Notes: generated by a model not told the origin, from the sequence alone. A DNA stretch of 64,000 nt from Candidatus Latescibacterota bacterium (GCA_965222605.1 OZ244960.1:2368001-2432000), one strand, 5' to 3'. Shown: positions 1 through 9,699, numbered from the stretch's first letter. A program made the numbers and translations.

Positions 1-1311
1 TTCGGTCTTGGTAAAGAGCCAGCAAAAACGAAAAAACATGAACCCGTCGCAAAAATGACCGAAGAAAGTTCCACAGAACCCGTTTCGGTTGAAGCAGATG
101 CAGTTGAAGCAGACCTCATCCTCCCACTTACCCCCCCAAAATCTAAATCTACCAGAATTGTGGGATATATTGCAAATAAAGAAAATCTCACCGAAGCCCT
201 CATGAGCGAAAATATCTCGCGCCCTGATGTTCTCGAGCTTATCGATGTACTGCACAGAGATATTAAACGCGCGTCATTCAATCCCAATATTGTTCGGCGT
301 GGGGATCGCTATGAACTGGTAATCGACAGCCGCTCTACCATACAGCACCTGAAATACACCAGACAGGGCGACCACGAAACGCAATTTATTGTCGAACGCA
401 TAGATGGTCAACTCAAAGCCAGGCAAGAAAACCTGTCATTGAAGCGCGAGGCCATTATCGTATCTGGCCGTATAACAGACAACATCTGGAGCGCACTTCA
501 AGAAACCGGTGAAAACCCGGCCCTTCTGTGCGACAAACTCGAATACATGTTTGAATATTATATCGACTTTTACAACGATTGCAGAACAGGCGACCTATTT
601 ACTTTTGCCGTTGAAAAACTCTACGGCAAATCCGGTGCCTTTGTCCGATATGGCGATATTCTCGCAGCCCAATACGAAGGCAACAAAGAATCTTTTCAAG
701 CATTTCTCTATGTTGATCCCAGTGGCAGAGACAGTTATTACGACTCAAAAGGCCGCTCCCTCCAGGGGCTTTTCTTGCGTAAACCGCTAAATTTTACTCG
801 CATCAGTTCCAAATATTCCAGCCGCAGATTTCATCCCATTCTGAAAAAATATACTGCCCATCACGGGGTAGATTACGCCGCCCCCCACGGCACAAAAGTC
901 TGGGCAATAGCCGATGGGACGATTTCTTTTGTCGGACGCAAAGGTCCGCTTGGCAACTATATCGAAATCGAACACAACAATGGTTACAAAACCGGCTATG
1001 GTCATCTGAGGAGCTTTGCGCGGGGACTGAGAGCAGGACAGCGCGTCAACCAAAAACAAACCATCGGTTATGTGGGTTCCACCGGACGCGCCACAGGCCC
1101 ACACGTACACTTCAACTTTTATACCACAGTAAATGGCAAATACAAACTGACCAACCCAACGCGGAAAATCAATCGCCCCGCAGGTCAACCCATTCCCGAA
1201 AAATATATGGCATATTTTCGCCAGCAGCGCGATCAGTATTTCGCGCTCTTAGATCGCAAAAACGGTTCGATTGTCACGACCGCATTGCCGCTAAGGGTCG
1301 TAGCAGAGTAG
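1..1311 (+). CDS. M23 family metallopeptidase (MepM/NlpD-like murein endopeptidase); probably 5'-truncated by the window edge
   Basis: HHGVDYAA (HxGxD), YGHL and TGPHVHF (HxH) M23 motifs. Frame 1 is open from base 1 through the ATG at 55. Confidence 0.9.
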   Translation, partial: FGLGKEPAKTKKHEPVAKMTEESSTEPVSVEADAVEADLILPLTPPKSKSTRIVGYIANKENLTEALMSENISRPDVLELIDVLHRDIKRASFNPNIVRRGDRYELVIDSRSTIQHLKYTRQGDHETQFIVERIDGQLKARQENLSLKREAIIVSGRITDNIWSALQETGENPALLCDKLEYMFEYYIDFYNDCRTGDLFTFAVEKLYGKSGAFVRYGDILAAQYEGNKESFQAFLYVDPSGRDSYYDSKGRSLQGLFLRKPLNFTRISSKYSSRRFHPILKKYTAHHGVDYAAPHGTKVWAIADGTISFVGRKGPLGNYIEIEHNNGYKTGYGHLRSFARGLRAGQRVNQKQTIGYVGSTGRATGPHVHFNFYTTVNGKYKLTNPTRKINRPAGQPIPEKYMAYFRQQRDQYFALLDRKNGSIVTTALPLRVVAE

Positions 1312-1372
1312 ATACCAGACACTTTTCTCACCCCCTTGGGTGACCTGTCCCGCTGCATTTCTAAATTCTGTA

Positions 1373-1399
1373 ACCGTGAGCATTCACGGTCTTTTTTTT
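1373..1399 (+). terminator. Rho-independent terminator after the M23 gene
   Basis: ACCGTGA-GCAT-TCACGGT hairpin followed by a T8 tract. Confidence 0.6.
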
Positions 1400-1410
1400 A
1401 GAGTTATCTC

Positions 1411-2562
1411 ATGAAAGTCGCCTATTTCGACTGTTTTGCTGGCATCAGCGGCGACATGACCCTCGGCGCGCTCGTCGATGCGGGCCTGTCTTTTGCCGCC
1501 CTGAAATCCGAACTCGACAAACTCAGTGTGCGCGAATTTACCCTCTCTCAGCGTCGCGTGGAAAAACACGGCATTGCCGGCACCAAAATAGACGTCAACG
1601 CTCGGGAAGGCCACGTCCACCGGCACCTGAAAGACGTACTTAAAATCATCAACAGCAGCTCAATATCGGCCTCTGCAAAAGAAAAAGCCGCGCGCGTTTT
1701 TCAAAAACTCGCCGAAGCCGAAGCAAAAATCCACGGCACCACCATTGAAGCGGTACACTTCCACGAAGTGGGCGCAGTAGATGCCATCGTCGATGTCGTC
1801 GGCGCTATCGTCGGCCTCGAACTCCTCAATATCGAAGCGATCTACGCCTCCAAATTCCGATTTGGCTCGGGCCATACGCGGGGCGCACACGGAGCAATGC
1901 CCATCCCGGTTCCCGCAGTCGTAGAAATGACAAAAGGCTTTCCCGCCGAACGCACAGATATCCCGTATGAACTCGTCACCCCCACCGGTGCGGCCCTCCT
2001 CACGGCACTCGCCTCTAATATTGGCGAAACAATTCAACTTCGCACAGAAAGCACGGGTTATGGCGCTGGCACGCGCGATGTCGAACAGGTGCCCAACCTC
2101 CTCCGCATTGAAATCGGCGAACTCGTCGCAGATCCCCAGACCGATTCTCCCGTTCTTCTGGAAACAAATATCGACGACATGACTCCTGAAATTTACGGCT
2201 ACCTCATCGACCGCCTGCTCGAAGCCGGTGCTCGCGACGCCTTCCTCACCCCCGTCATCATGAAAAAAGGCCGCCCAGGCATTCAACTCACTGTCCTGGC
2301 CGACCCCAACAAAGAAACCGAACTCACCCAACTCATCTTTTCAGAAACCACCACCCTCGGCATCCGCCGCCTCCCCGTTCAACGCCACACCCTCGAACGC
2401 CGCACAGACACCGTCCAAACCCCGTATGGACCCATCCGCGTCAAAATCGCCGACATTGGCGGCAAACAACGCATCACCCCCGAATACGACGACTGCGCCC
2501 GCATTGCACGCGAAAAACAGGTGCCCATCCTCGACGTTTACAAAGCTGTCAATTTATTATAA
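1411..2562 (+). CDS. larC: Nickel pincer cofactor biosynthesis protein LarC (DUF111)
   Basis: N-terminal YFDCFAGISGDMTLGAL; HFHEVGAVDAIVD, ELVTPTGAA, ETNIDD, MKKGRPG and PEYDDC motifs. Confidence 0.93.
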   Translation: MKVAYFDCFAGISGDMTLGALVDAGLSFAALKSELDKLSVREFTLSQRRVEKHGIAGTKIDVNAREGHVHRHLKDVLKIINSSSISASAKEKAARVFQKLAEAEAKIHGTTIEAVHFHEVGAVDAIVDVVGAIVGLELLNIEAIYASKFRFGSGHTRGAHGAMPIPVPAVVEMTKGFPAERTDIPYELVTPTGAALLTALASNIGETIQLRTESTGYGAGTRDVEQVPNLLRIEIGELVADPQTDSPVLLETNIDDMTPEIYGYLIDRLLEAGARDAFLTPVIMKKGRPGIQLTVLADPNKETELTQLIFSETTTLGIRRLPVQRHTLERRTDTVQTPYGPIRVKIADIGGKQRITPEYDDCARIAREKQVPILDVYKAVNLL

Positions 2563-2625
2563 TTCAAATCAAGAACGATTCACAAACGGGTCTGGATCGT
2601 ATTTTGAATGATGTTGCGAAATGCA

Positions 2626-3150
2626 CTATAGCACTTGATAGCCATCCATAGCCTGCCACATATAAATTCTTCTGCATTGTGCGCATAAAAAAAGAATATT
2701 ATCGTCATCAAGCGGATCGTAGAGTTTCTCAATCAGCGTTGATTTTCCATACTTTTCATATAAGTCTTTGAGCGTCTCCGGGGGAATCGCGCGCAATGCC
2801 TCTTTAGAAATCTCCGGTTTTATGCCCCACAGAGGTCTCAAATCAAACCCACACCCGCACTGTCTATCGCGCATATCTCCGTCCCGTCTGTGTACGCGCT
2901 CATCGTCAAACCATCTCCAATCGTATAGTCTTTTGCACTTTAAACACAACTCATAATGGGTTGCCGTACCCGGCATCTTCTCGTTTTCTATGAGGCGATT
3001 AATCTCCTCCTGTTCTGGCAACTCTTGCACCTTCTTTGTCCCAACCAAACAGTATCGGCAGCGACGATTTTTCTGGCGCAGATAAAAAATCAGATAGATA
3101 GGACCTACCACAATAATCAGCAGAAAAATAATAGACAATAATGGTTCCAT
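2626..3150 (-). CDS. Hypothetical membrane-anchored protein with four Cys-pair (Zn-ribbon-like) motifs
   Basis: N-terminal TM helix (LLSIIFLLIIVVGPIYLIFYL); CRYC, CLKC, CGC, CAQC; GGAG RBS before ATG 3150. Confidence 0.65.
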   Translation of the reverse strand: MEPLLSIIFLLIIVVGPIYLIFYLRQKNRRCRYCLVGTKKVQELPEQEEINRLIENEKMPGTATHYELCLKCKRLYDWRWFDDERVHRRDGDMRDRQCGCGFDLRPLWGIKPEISKEALRAIPPETLKDLYEKYGKSTLIEKLYDPLDDDNILFLCAQCRRIYMWQAMDGYQVL

Positions 3151-3224
3151 TGTTACTCCAGTTGTAAACCACTTCATCACTTCAGAGGCGAGGTTTTTTC
3201 AGCAAGCCTCTAACTGGGAATGAT

Positions 3225-3254
3225 AAAAGCCCCGCATCATGTGGGAGCTTTTTT
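3225..3254. terminator. Probable bidirectional intrinsic terminator
   Basis: AAAAGCCCCGCA-TCA-TGTGGGAGCTTTTTT imperfect hairpin with A/T tails. Confidence 0.5.
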
Positions 3255-3279
3255 ATGCAGGGATTTATCCCGGCATACC

Positions 3280-3333
3280 TCAAATAACCTCATCGCGCCT
3301 ATCTTCAACCTGCACCACGTCAATCGTATAATG
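3280..3333 (-). pseudogene. Possible 3' remnant of a gene truncated at the IS3 end (HYTIDVVQVEDRRDEVI*)
   Basis: Short open frame with host-like codons running from the IS boundary to a TGA, followed by a terminator. Confidence 0.35.
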
Positions 3334-3375
3334 GTGGAGTTACCCCGCTTCGGTGGCGTATTTAGGGCTTGTGTT

Positions 3376-4225
3376 TCAAGCCTGTGATTGATGCAGCTTT
3401 TCATAAGCTATCGGCGCATGGTAGGCGATGGAAGAATGCCTGCGATGCGGGTTATACCACCCTTCAATGTAGGAGAAGAGAGCCAACCGCGCTTCATGCT
3501 TGCGTACGGAAAGATCGGCGATTGATCAACTCACACTCAAGGGTGGCGAAGAAGCTCTCGCAAAGTGCGTTGTCATAGCAGTCGCCAGCAGACCCCATTG
3601 AGGGACGCACGCCAGCCTGGCGACAACGCTTTCCAAATGCTATGGAGGTATATTGCGCCCCCTGGTCAGAATGGTGGATCACGCTTTGTGGGCGACGCTG
3701 CCAAAGGGCCATGTTCAAAGCCTTCAAGACCAACTCGCTCTGCAGGTGTGTCGCCATTGCCCAACCCACGACGCGGCGAGAGAAGGCATCCATGACAACA
3801 CTGAGATACAAGAAGCCAGACCAGGTGGGTACGTAGGTGATGTCAGCCACCCAGAGTTTATTGACCGTTGCAGCAGTGAAGTCTCTCTTTACCAGATCAG
3901 GAGCCTTATCAGCTTTTTGCGCCTTACGCGTCGTTTGCGTGCTCTTTCGGCGACTAACGCCACAAATGTCCATCTCACGCATCAGACGCGCTACGCGCTT
4001 CTTACCTACAAGGATGTCTATATCCATCAGATCTTTCCAGATGCGAGGGGCACCATAGGTGCCATCTGATCGGGTGTGGAAGGCTTTGATATGCGCCTTC
4101 AACTGCGTATCAACCTTTGCTCGTTTGGAGGGTGGACGTGTTCGCCAAGCATAATACCCGCTGAGGGAGACACCCAGCACGCGGCATTGCGTGGCGATTG
4201 GCCAAAGTGCCTGATGCGCTTTCAC
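3376..4225 (-). pseudogene. IS3 OrfB (rve/DDE integrase), frameshifted near the C-terminus
   Basis: WVADITY, HHSDQGAQY, DNALCESFF motifs. The ORF stops at RTQA* (3494), but the conserved tail EARLALFSYIEGWYNPHRRHSSI continues after skipping one base, to 3376. Confidence 0.85.
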
Positions 4226-4269
4226 TAACGCGAAGATTTTCTGGGGATCGCGTCGGTCTCCGCTGCGAA

Positions 4270-4536
4270 TTAGCCCGCTGCTTTTGACAGGATCTCGCGC
4301 TCGATGCGCAACTGCTTATTCTCGCGTCGAAGACGACGCAACTCTTCTCGCTCAGCACTGGTCAGACCGTCTTCTCGAAGTCCCTGGTCTCGATCAGCCT
4401 GACCTATCCAGTTTTGGATCGTCTGAGCGGTTGGCTCAAACTCTCTGGCCAATTCAGAAGGACTGCGACCAGCGCGCACAAGCTCGACGATCTGGCGCTT
4501 CAACTCGGGTGGATAAGGGGGACGTGTTGGTGGCAT
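4270..4536 (-). pseudogene. IS3 OrfA (HTH transposase) with a premature stop
   Basis: YPPELKRQIVELVR...ELRRLRRENKQLRIEREILSKAAG*FAAETD; TAA sits where the conserved Trp of KAAAWFA is expected. Confidence 0.8.
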
Positions 4537-4622
4537 AGTGGGTCTCCTTTCTAACTACTCATAAGGTACCCACCAAAACGGGTCAAGTCCAGTTGCTGAT
4601 TTCGGCTGGCAGCAGCAGAGCC

Positions 4623-6020
4623 TCAGTACCGTGTTTCTACGTAAATTGCGGCCCGCCCAGGACAGGGATAGCCGGACTTGTCTTTGTGGGGGTTAAGCCG
4701 GGAGGTCATTTTCTTCCGAGGGAAGTGCTTGCCGCAATAAGCGCATTCATAGATGTAGCGTGGCCCGCTGGTCCGACTTACTCGTCTGCGTCTCGGTCGA
4801 GACGCGGCTGATCGGGTTGCAGTCGGCGGGATGATGGCTGGGCCCTGTGGTCTCAACTCCACTACATAGCGCGGGATGAAACTTTGCCCAGTTGTCTGCG
4901 CGCCCTGGATGCGATCAATGCGATAACTGCGGTGTCCACCATCGGAGGCCCTTATGGCGTGCAGAACGATATTGCCGTCATGGGTGCGCCGCAGAGAATA
5001 AGGCTCAATCCGCCGGACAGATCCCTGGTACTTCAGATCCACGCACAAATGGTTGGCAGCGGCAAAGCGGATGATCTCCAGGAATGACTGTGCGGCACCA
5101 GAGACCGGTAGGCGCAGTGTGCGTTCTCTGAGCACGGTTTCACCAGCGGCCATCTGGTATGTGGCCAGCACAGTGGGCGCCACGCCGGTTTCAAGCCAGG
5201 CAAAGAAATCGGGAAGTGCGCTCCAGAAAGATTCGACGGGCGGCAGAGCCTGAAGCTGGTGAGCCAGCATCGATTGCCAGGAACCTTCAAGATCGTCCCT
5301 GTGTATCTCCAGTTCAACAAGGGCCGGAACAGGAATACTGCGGTGAGCACATTTTTGCTTCAGGACATCGTGCAGGACAGTAGACTGCGGCCGTGCTTCG
5401 TTGTTGCGAAAAAGATTAATGACATCATAGAGATCGCGGGGCCGGGCACGCTCACCCAGGGCGCGGACCTTTTCAGCAAAGGCTTCTTCATAGGCGTAGC
5501 ACCTGATACTGATCCCCTCTGCCGGCACATCGCTGTAGTCGTGAAAGATGACAGGTTCCGCTGGCGGCAGGACAAGAAGCTCATCGAGTGTCAAATCAAG
5601 CTTGATGCGCGGTAGGCCGCCTGAGCGCGGAGCGATCGGTCCTCGGTAGCTGAGTTTGCCCTGGCAGGACACCGTGCCGCGTGGGTTTTCAAAGACCTCG
5701 AATTCCTGCATCTCTTCGGGGATCTCAATGCCGGTTTGCTCATAGATCCATTCGCCGATTTCGCGGAAGACCGCGACCAGGAATTCCTGATCAATGCGAG
5801 AGGGATCGGTAAGTGTAAAATCAAGGTCTTCGGAGAATCGGTAAGTTTCGAAATAGCATTTCTTAAGGCAGGTCCCACCCTTAAAAATCCAGTTTTCTGC
5901 AAGAGCAGCGTGCTGATAGATACCGGCGAGAACCCAGCCGAGCACATAGTCCTTTTCGACAACCTGGGGCAGCAAACCAAAGGTACTCGCGATATCGAGA
6001 ATTTCGCGGCGGTCAATCAT
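4623..6020 (-). CDS. abiEii: AbiEii-family nucleotidyltransferase toxin fused to a WYL domain and a C-terminal Zn-finger
   Basis: VEKDY, FKGGTCLKKCY, RFSEDLDF, AEKVRAL, RPRDLYD (AbiEii); Y..RRIEPYSL...RSYRIDRI (WYL); CAYC...H...C at the end. Confidence 0.88.
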   Translation of the reverse strand: MIDRREILDIASTFGLLPQVVEKDYVLGWVLAGIYQHAALAENWIFKGGTCLKKCYFETYRFSEDLDFTLTDPSRIDQEFLVAVFREIGEWIYEQTGIEIPEEMQEFEVFENPRGTVSCQGKLSYRGPIAPRSGGLPRIKLDLTLDELLVLPPAEPVIFHDYSDVPAEGISIRCYAYEEAFAEKVRALGERARPRDLYDVINLFRNNEARPQSTVLHDVLKQKCAHRSIPVPALVELEIHRDDLEGSWQSMLAHQLQALPPVESFWSALPDFFAWLETGVAPTVLATYQMAAGETVLRERTLRLPVSGAAQSFLEIIRFAAANHLCVDLKYQGSVRRIEPYSLRRTHDGNIVLHAIRASDGGHRSYRIDRIQGAQTTGQSFIPRYVVELRPQGPAIIPPTATRSAASRPRRRRVSRTSGPRYIYECAYCGKHFPRKKMTSRLNPHKDKSGYPCPGRAAIYVETRY

Positions 6021-6838
6021 GCGGACGCCGCCTTCGCCCAGTTCTCAGGCATAAGGAGACGCCATCGGGATATGAGACGGCGGCATGAAAGCCTCGGGTC
6101 AAGTTTGGCATTGCCCTGGGTCAGACGCGCGCGGCACGCCTCAACAAGGGTAGCAGTGCCGGGTCCGCGTTCTGCCAGAAAGCCCAGGCGCTTGAATACG
6201 GCACCGTTACCGAGCCGGTCTGCATAGGCAATCAGTTTGTCATCATCCCTGTCCTTGCGGTCAAAATAGACTGCAAGACAATCGGCAACATGCTGGATAC
6301 CGGCTCCAAGCTCCGGATCGTCGAGCATATCGATGATGGTGCGGTGAACATCCGATACAGCGATCTGGGTTCTTCCGCGCCAGACGGTCTTCGTGCCGAA
6401 AATCATACTCTGCCGGACATGCTTCAGGGTGAAGTGTGCGCCATGGCGGTGCTGGCTTTTAGTACGCACGGCCCGCGCTGTCATCACAACAATATCGCGA
6501 AAGATCTGCTCCGTCAGATCCCAGTGTTCGGCGGCAGTCCGGCCGCCGATGTAGGCCGGCTTAAAAAGCGCAGGCACCAGCACCCAGGGATCATCAAGAA
6601 CCTGCTCGCTGCCAAGGGAATCAAGGCCAACAGGTGCGTACACACCCGGACCGACACGCCGCAGCCAGCCCTGTCCCCTCCAACGGGAGAGAAGCTTGGC
6701 GGCGTCGGAACGACTAACGGAAAGGGCATGTTCAGCATCGGCGATATGAATGATATCACCAGCGGCCCGAATAACGGTGGTCAGCCTGAGGCGTCCCTTA
6801 GGTATGGCGGTCTCTGAGTTCATGGTATGTATAGTCAA
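6017..6838 (-). CDS. abiEi: AbiEi-family type IV TA antitoxin / wHTH regulator
   Basis: N-terminal wHTH (GWLRRVGPGVY); AYIGGRTAAEHWDLTEQ, SDVHRTIIDML, FKRLGFL; ATGA overlap with abiEii. Confidence 0.85.
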   Translation of the reverse strand: MTIHTMNSETAIPKGRLRLTTVIRAAGDIIHIADAEHALSVSRSDAAKLLSRWRGQGWLRRVGPGVYAPVGLDSLGSEQVLDDPWVLVPALFKPAYIGGRTAAEHWDLTEQIFRDIVVMTARAVRTKSQHRHGAHFTLKHVRQSMIFGTKTVWRGRTQIAVSDVHRTIIDMLDDPELGAGIQHVADCLAVYFDRKDRDDDKLIAYADRLGNGAVFKRLGFLAERGPGTATLVEACRARLTQGNAKLDPRLSCRRLISRWRLLMPENWAKAASA

Positions 6839-7031
6839 ATTGCAAAAAATCGCATTTTATGTGAATTTTCGTCTCTACAATACATAATATATGTATAGAC
6901 TGGCTCAATGCCAAGTTCATCCAAAAGTTCTGTCAGAAAAAATTTTCGTATTCCTGAAAAATTAGAGTGACCTTTCAAACAATATATCCCAAAGCCAAAA
7001 GGGAGTCAACGAACCCTGAGTCACAAAGGGC

Positions 7032-7069
7032 AATAAAAAAGCACGCTCCGTTAGAGCGTGCTTTTTATT
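7032..7069. terminator. Bidirectional intrinsic terminator
   Basis: AATAAAAAAGCACGCTC-CGTTA-GAGCGTGCTTTTTATT near-perfect hairpin. Confidence 0.85.
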
Positions 7070-7141
7070 TCTTGAGATATCCGGTCTATCTTTATCAATA
7101 TCCTCACTTCCCTCTTCTGGTCTAATCGACTCATACGCCGG

Positions 7142-8125
7142 TTAGACCGTCCTGTCCCTCGCAGCGATCTCCGCCAGGAGCTTGACGGCCGCGTACACGG
7201 CCCTGGTGTTGGGCACGGGGACATCGAGCATCTCTCCAAGCTCGATGACAGTGCCCACAACGGCTTCAAGTTCCATCGGCCTTCCAGCCTCCAGGTCCTG
7301 AAGCATAGAGGTCTTGTGCTCGCCCACGGCGACAGCTCCCGCGATGCGCCGCTCGACCGAGATTGGCACCCTCACGCCAAGGGCGCGGGCCACCGCGTCG
7401 GCCTCCTCCATGACGGAGTGAGCCAGAGCGCGGGCCTCGGGATGCGTGGCGATTTCCACCAGAGTCGCGCGAGTCAGTGCGCTGATGGGATTGAAGGCGA
7501 CATTCCCCAGCAGCTTGACCCACATGTCTCCCCGTATCCGGGACCTGATCGGACAGCGCAGACCTGATTCCTTCAAGGCGTCGGCCAACCTTCTGCACCG
7601 CTCACTGGTCGAGCCTTCCGGCTCGCCGATCGCGAACCTGTTGCCCTCCACATGCTCGATCACCCCTGGCTCAGCGATGGAAGCCGAGGGATAGACGATG
7701 CATCCGACGACACGCTCGGCGGGAATGGCGGAGGAGACGACCTCGTTCGGGTCCAGCCTCTCGATCCGCCTTCCGTCCCAATGGCCGCCGTGACCATGGA
7801 AGTACCACCACGGGATGCCGTTTTGGGTCGATATAACGGCCGTCTCCGGCCCGAGAAGCGGTCCCAGCCTGGGGGCGACCTCTGGAAGGCTGTGAGCCTT
7901 GACCGTGAGAAAGACAAAGTCAACCTCGCCCACCTGATCGTAATCGTCCGTTGCGGTAGGATGGGCCTCGAAGTCGCCTTCCGGACTCCGCACGCGGACG
8001 CCGCGCGACTGCATGGCTTGAAGGTGCGGACCACGCGCGATCAGGAAGACCTCGTGACCGGACACGCTGAGTTTAGCACCCAGGTAAGCCCCAATAGCCC
8101 CGGCACCGACCAATGCGAACCTCAC
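7142..8125 (-). CDS. Ketopantoate reductase family protein (PanE/ApbA), probable oxalyl-CoA reductase (PanE2-like)
   Basis: GAGAIG Rossmann motif; QNGIPWWYF, WVKLLGN, SMLQDLEAGRPME; coupled to an oxalate-CoA ligase-like gene. Confidence 0.85.
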   Translation of the reverse strand: MRFALVGAGAIGAYLGAKLSVSGHEVFLIARGPHLQAMQSRGVRVRSPEGDFEAHPTATDDYDQVGEVDFVFLTVKAHSLPEVAPRLGPLLGPETAVISTQNGIPWWYFHGHGGHWDGRRIERLDPNEVVSSAIPAERVVGCIVYPSASIAEPGVIEHVEGNRFAIGEPEGSTSERCRRLADALKESGLRCPIRSRIRGDMWVKLLGNVAFNPISALTRATLVEIATHPEARALAHSVMEEADAVARALGVRVPISVERRIAGAVAVGEHKTSMLQDLEAGRPMELEAVVGTVIELGEMLDVPVPNTRAVYAAVKLLAEIAARDRTV

Positions 8126-9645
8126 GTCGAAGGCCCTCCGGTGATGACCTCCGCGACGATCCGGCGCTGCACCTTGCCCGTTGCCGTCCGTGGGATGGTA
8201 TCTACTATGTGAATCCTGCGCGGGATCTTGAAGGAGGCCAGGCTCTGCCGGCAGTGGGCGATCAGCTCCTTCTCCGTCGCCTCGGAGCCGAGAACGATCG
8301 CCGCGGCGGGCTCCTCTCCGTGGGTAGGGTGCAGGACTCCGAACGACACGGCCTCCGATACGGCGGGGTGCGACAGCAGCACCTCGTCAATCTCGACCGG
8401 AGAAATCTTTTCGCCACTGCGGTTGATGAGTTCCTTGATCCGGCCCCGCAGCGTCAGCACCCCGTTCTCGTCAAGCTCGCCCTGGTCTCCGGTCCTGAAC
8501 CAGGTGCCGACGAACGAAGAAGCGTTCGCCTCGGGGTTGGACTCGTATCCCCGGATCACGTTGGGGCCACTGATCACCACCTCGCCAACCGTACCCGGCG
8601 TCTGAAACTCGCCCGCTTCGTCCATGATCCCGATCTTCACGCCGGTCCCCTGCCCGACCGAGCCGGGGATGCGATTGCCAGGAGGCAGGGGGTTCGACGC
8701 CATCTGGTGTGCGGCCTCCGTCATGCCATAGGCTTCAACCACCGGTACGCTGAAGATCGACTCCATCTGCTGCATTGTAGCCGGGGCGAGAGCCGCGCTG
8801 CACGAGCGGATAAAGCGCAGTCTATCCGCATTCCGGGACGCACGCCCACTCCGGGCCCTGGACAGCAGCGCCCGGAACATCGTCGGCACCGCGGAGAACC
8901 ACGTGACCTCGTACTCCTCGACGAGCGGCCAGAACCCCAGCGGGTTGAAGCGCGGCGGCACGACCACGGTCCCGCCCGAGTGGAGAGTCGAGAGCGTCGA
9001 TGCCATCAGCCCATGCACATGAAACAGCGGCATGATACAGAGCGATACGTCCCTGTCGGACAGGTCGTAGGTCTCGACGATGTTCTCGACGGATACGGTG
9101 AGGTTCCGGTGCGCCAGCGGCACGCGCTTGGGGCGGCTGGTCGTCCCGCTGGTGTGCAGCACGAGCGCCACGTCGTCAGGCTCTGGCAGAGCGGTTTCGC
9201 GACCCTCCGCTGCGGCTCCGGACCCCGTCAGACTGACGCGGCCCGATTCGTCGAGCGCGGCCCGGATGTCCATCACCGAGGCTGGGGCCGCGCTGCGGGC
9301 CTCCTCGCCTCCGTCGTCCGAGGTGATGAGCGCCGTGGCCTTGGTGTCGTCCATGTAGAACTCGAACTCTGCGGCCTTATAGGCGGGGTTCAACGGAGCT
9401 GCCGTGCCAGCCGCCGCGACCGCCAGAAATGTCACAATCGCTTCTATGCCGTTGGGCAGGACGATGGCTACCCTGTCTCCACGGTCTATGCCCCTGGCGC
9501 GGAGCTGCGCCGCGAGCGTCTGCACCTGACGCCGCAGCGAGTCATAATTCACAACAGGCCCACCAGGGGCCACTATAGCCGGGTGCGATGGCGCACCCGA
9601 TTCGAGCAGGTCAAGCAGTGTTTCTGGAGGGGTTTTGCCGGACAT
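8122..9645 (-). CDS. Acyl-CoA synthetase, oxalate--CoA ligase-like (AAE3/Pcs60/Oxs type)
   Basis: LHTSGTTSRPK, PLFHVHG, FIRSCSA, EAYGMTEAAHQMASNPLPP, PRTATGKVQRR. Confidence 0.85.
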   Translation of the reverse strand: MSGKTPPETLLDLLESGAPSHPAIVAPGGPVVNYDSLRRQVQTLAAQLRARGIDRGDRVAIVLPNGIEAIVTFLAVAAAGTAAPLNPAYKAAEFEFYMDDTKATALITSDDGGEEARSAAPASVMDIRAALDESGRVSLTGSGAAAEGRETALPEPDDVALVLHTSGTTSRPKRVPLAHRNLTVSVENIVETYDLSDRDVSLCIMPLFHVHGLMASTLSTLHSGGTVVVPPRFNPLGFWPLVEEYEVTWFSAVPTMFRALLSRARSGRASRNADRLRFIRSCSAALAPATMQQMESIFSVPVVEAYGMTEAAHQMASNPLPPGNRIPGSVGQGTGVKIGIMDEAGEFQTPGTVGEVVISGPNVIRGYESNPEANASSFVGTWFRTGDQGELDENGVLTLRGRIKELINRSGEKISPVEIDEVLLSHPAVSEAVSFGVLHPTHGEEPAAAIVLGSEATEKELIAHCRQSLASFKIPRRIHIVDTIPRTATGKVQRRIVAEVITGGPST

Positions 9646-9678
9646 TCAGTCTCTCCTCTGTAGAGCGTTCGGGCGGAC

Positions 9679-9699
9679 CTGGTGCGTGGGACGCACCAG
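9679..9699. repeat. Perfect short palindrome (REP-like) at the edge of the GC-rich segment
   Basis: CTGGTGCGT-GGG-ACGCACCAG. Confidence 0.5.

Larger units (their letters stand above)
3335..4591 (-). mobile_element. IS3-family insertion sequence (1257 bp), degenerate
   Basis: Imperfect terminal IRs TGGAGTTACCCCGCTTCGGTGG / TGGACTTGACCCGTTTTGGTGG with TG..CA ends; orfA plus orfB; no target-site duplication visible. Confidence 0.9.

Noticed and set aside
1411-2562. Complete lactate racemase (lar) cluster
   Set aside because: Only larC is present; larA, larB and larE are not in the window.
8113-9663. 516-aa plus-strand ORF and many similar long antisense ORFs (e.g. 13021-13947, 39340-40491)
   Set aside because: These are shadow frames of well-supported minus-strand genes and have no motifs of their own.
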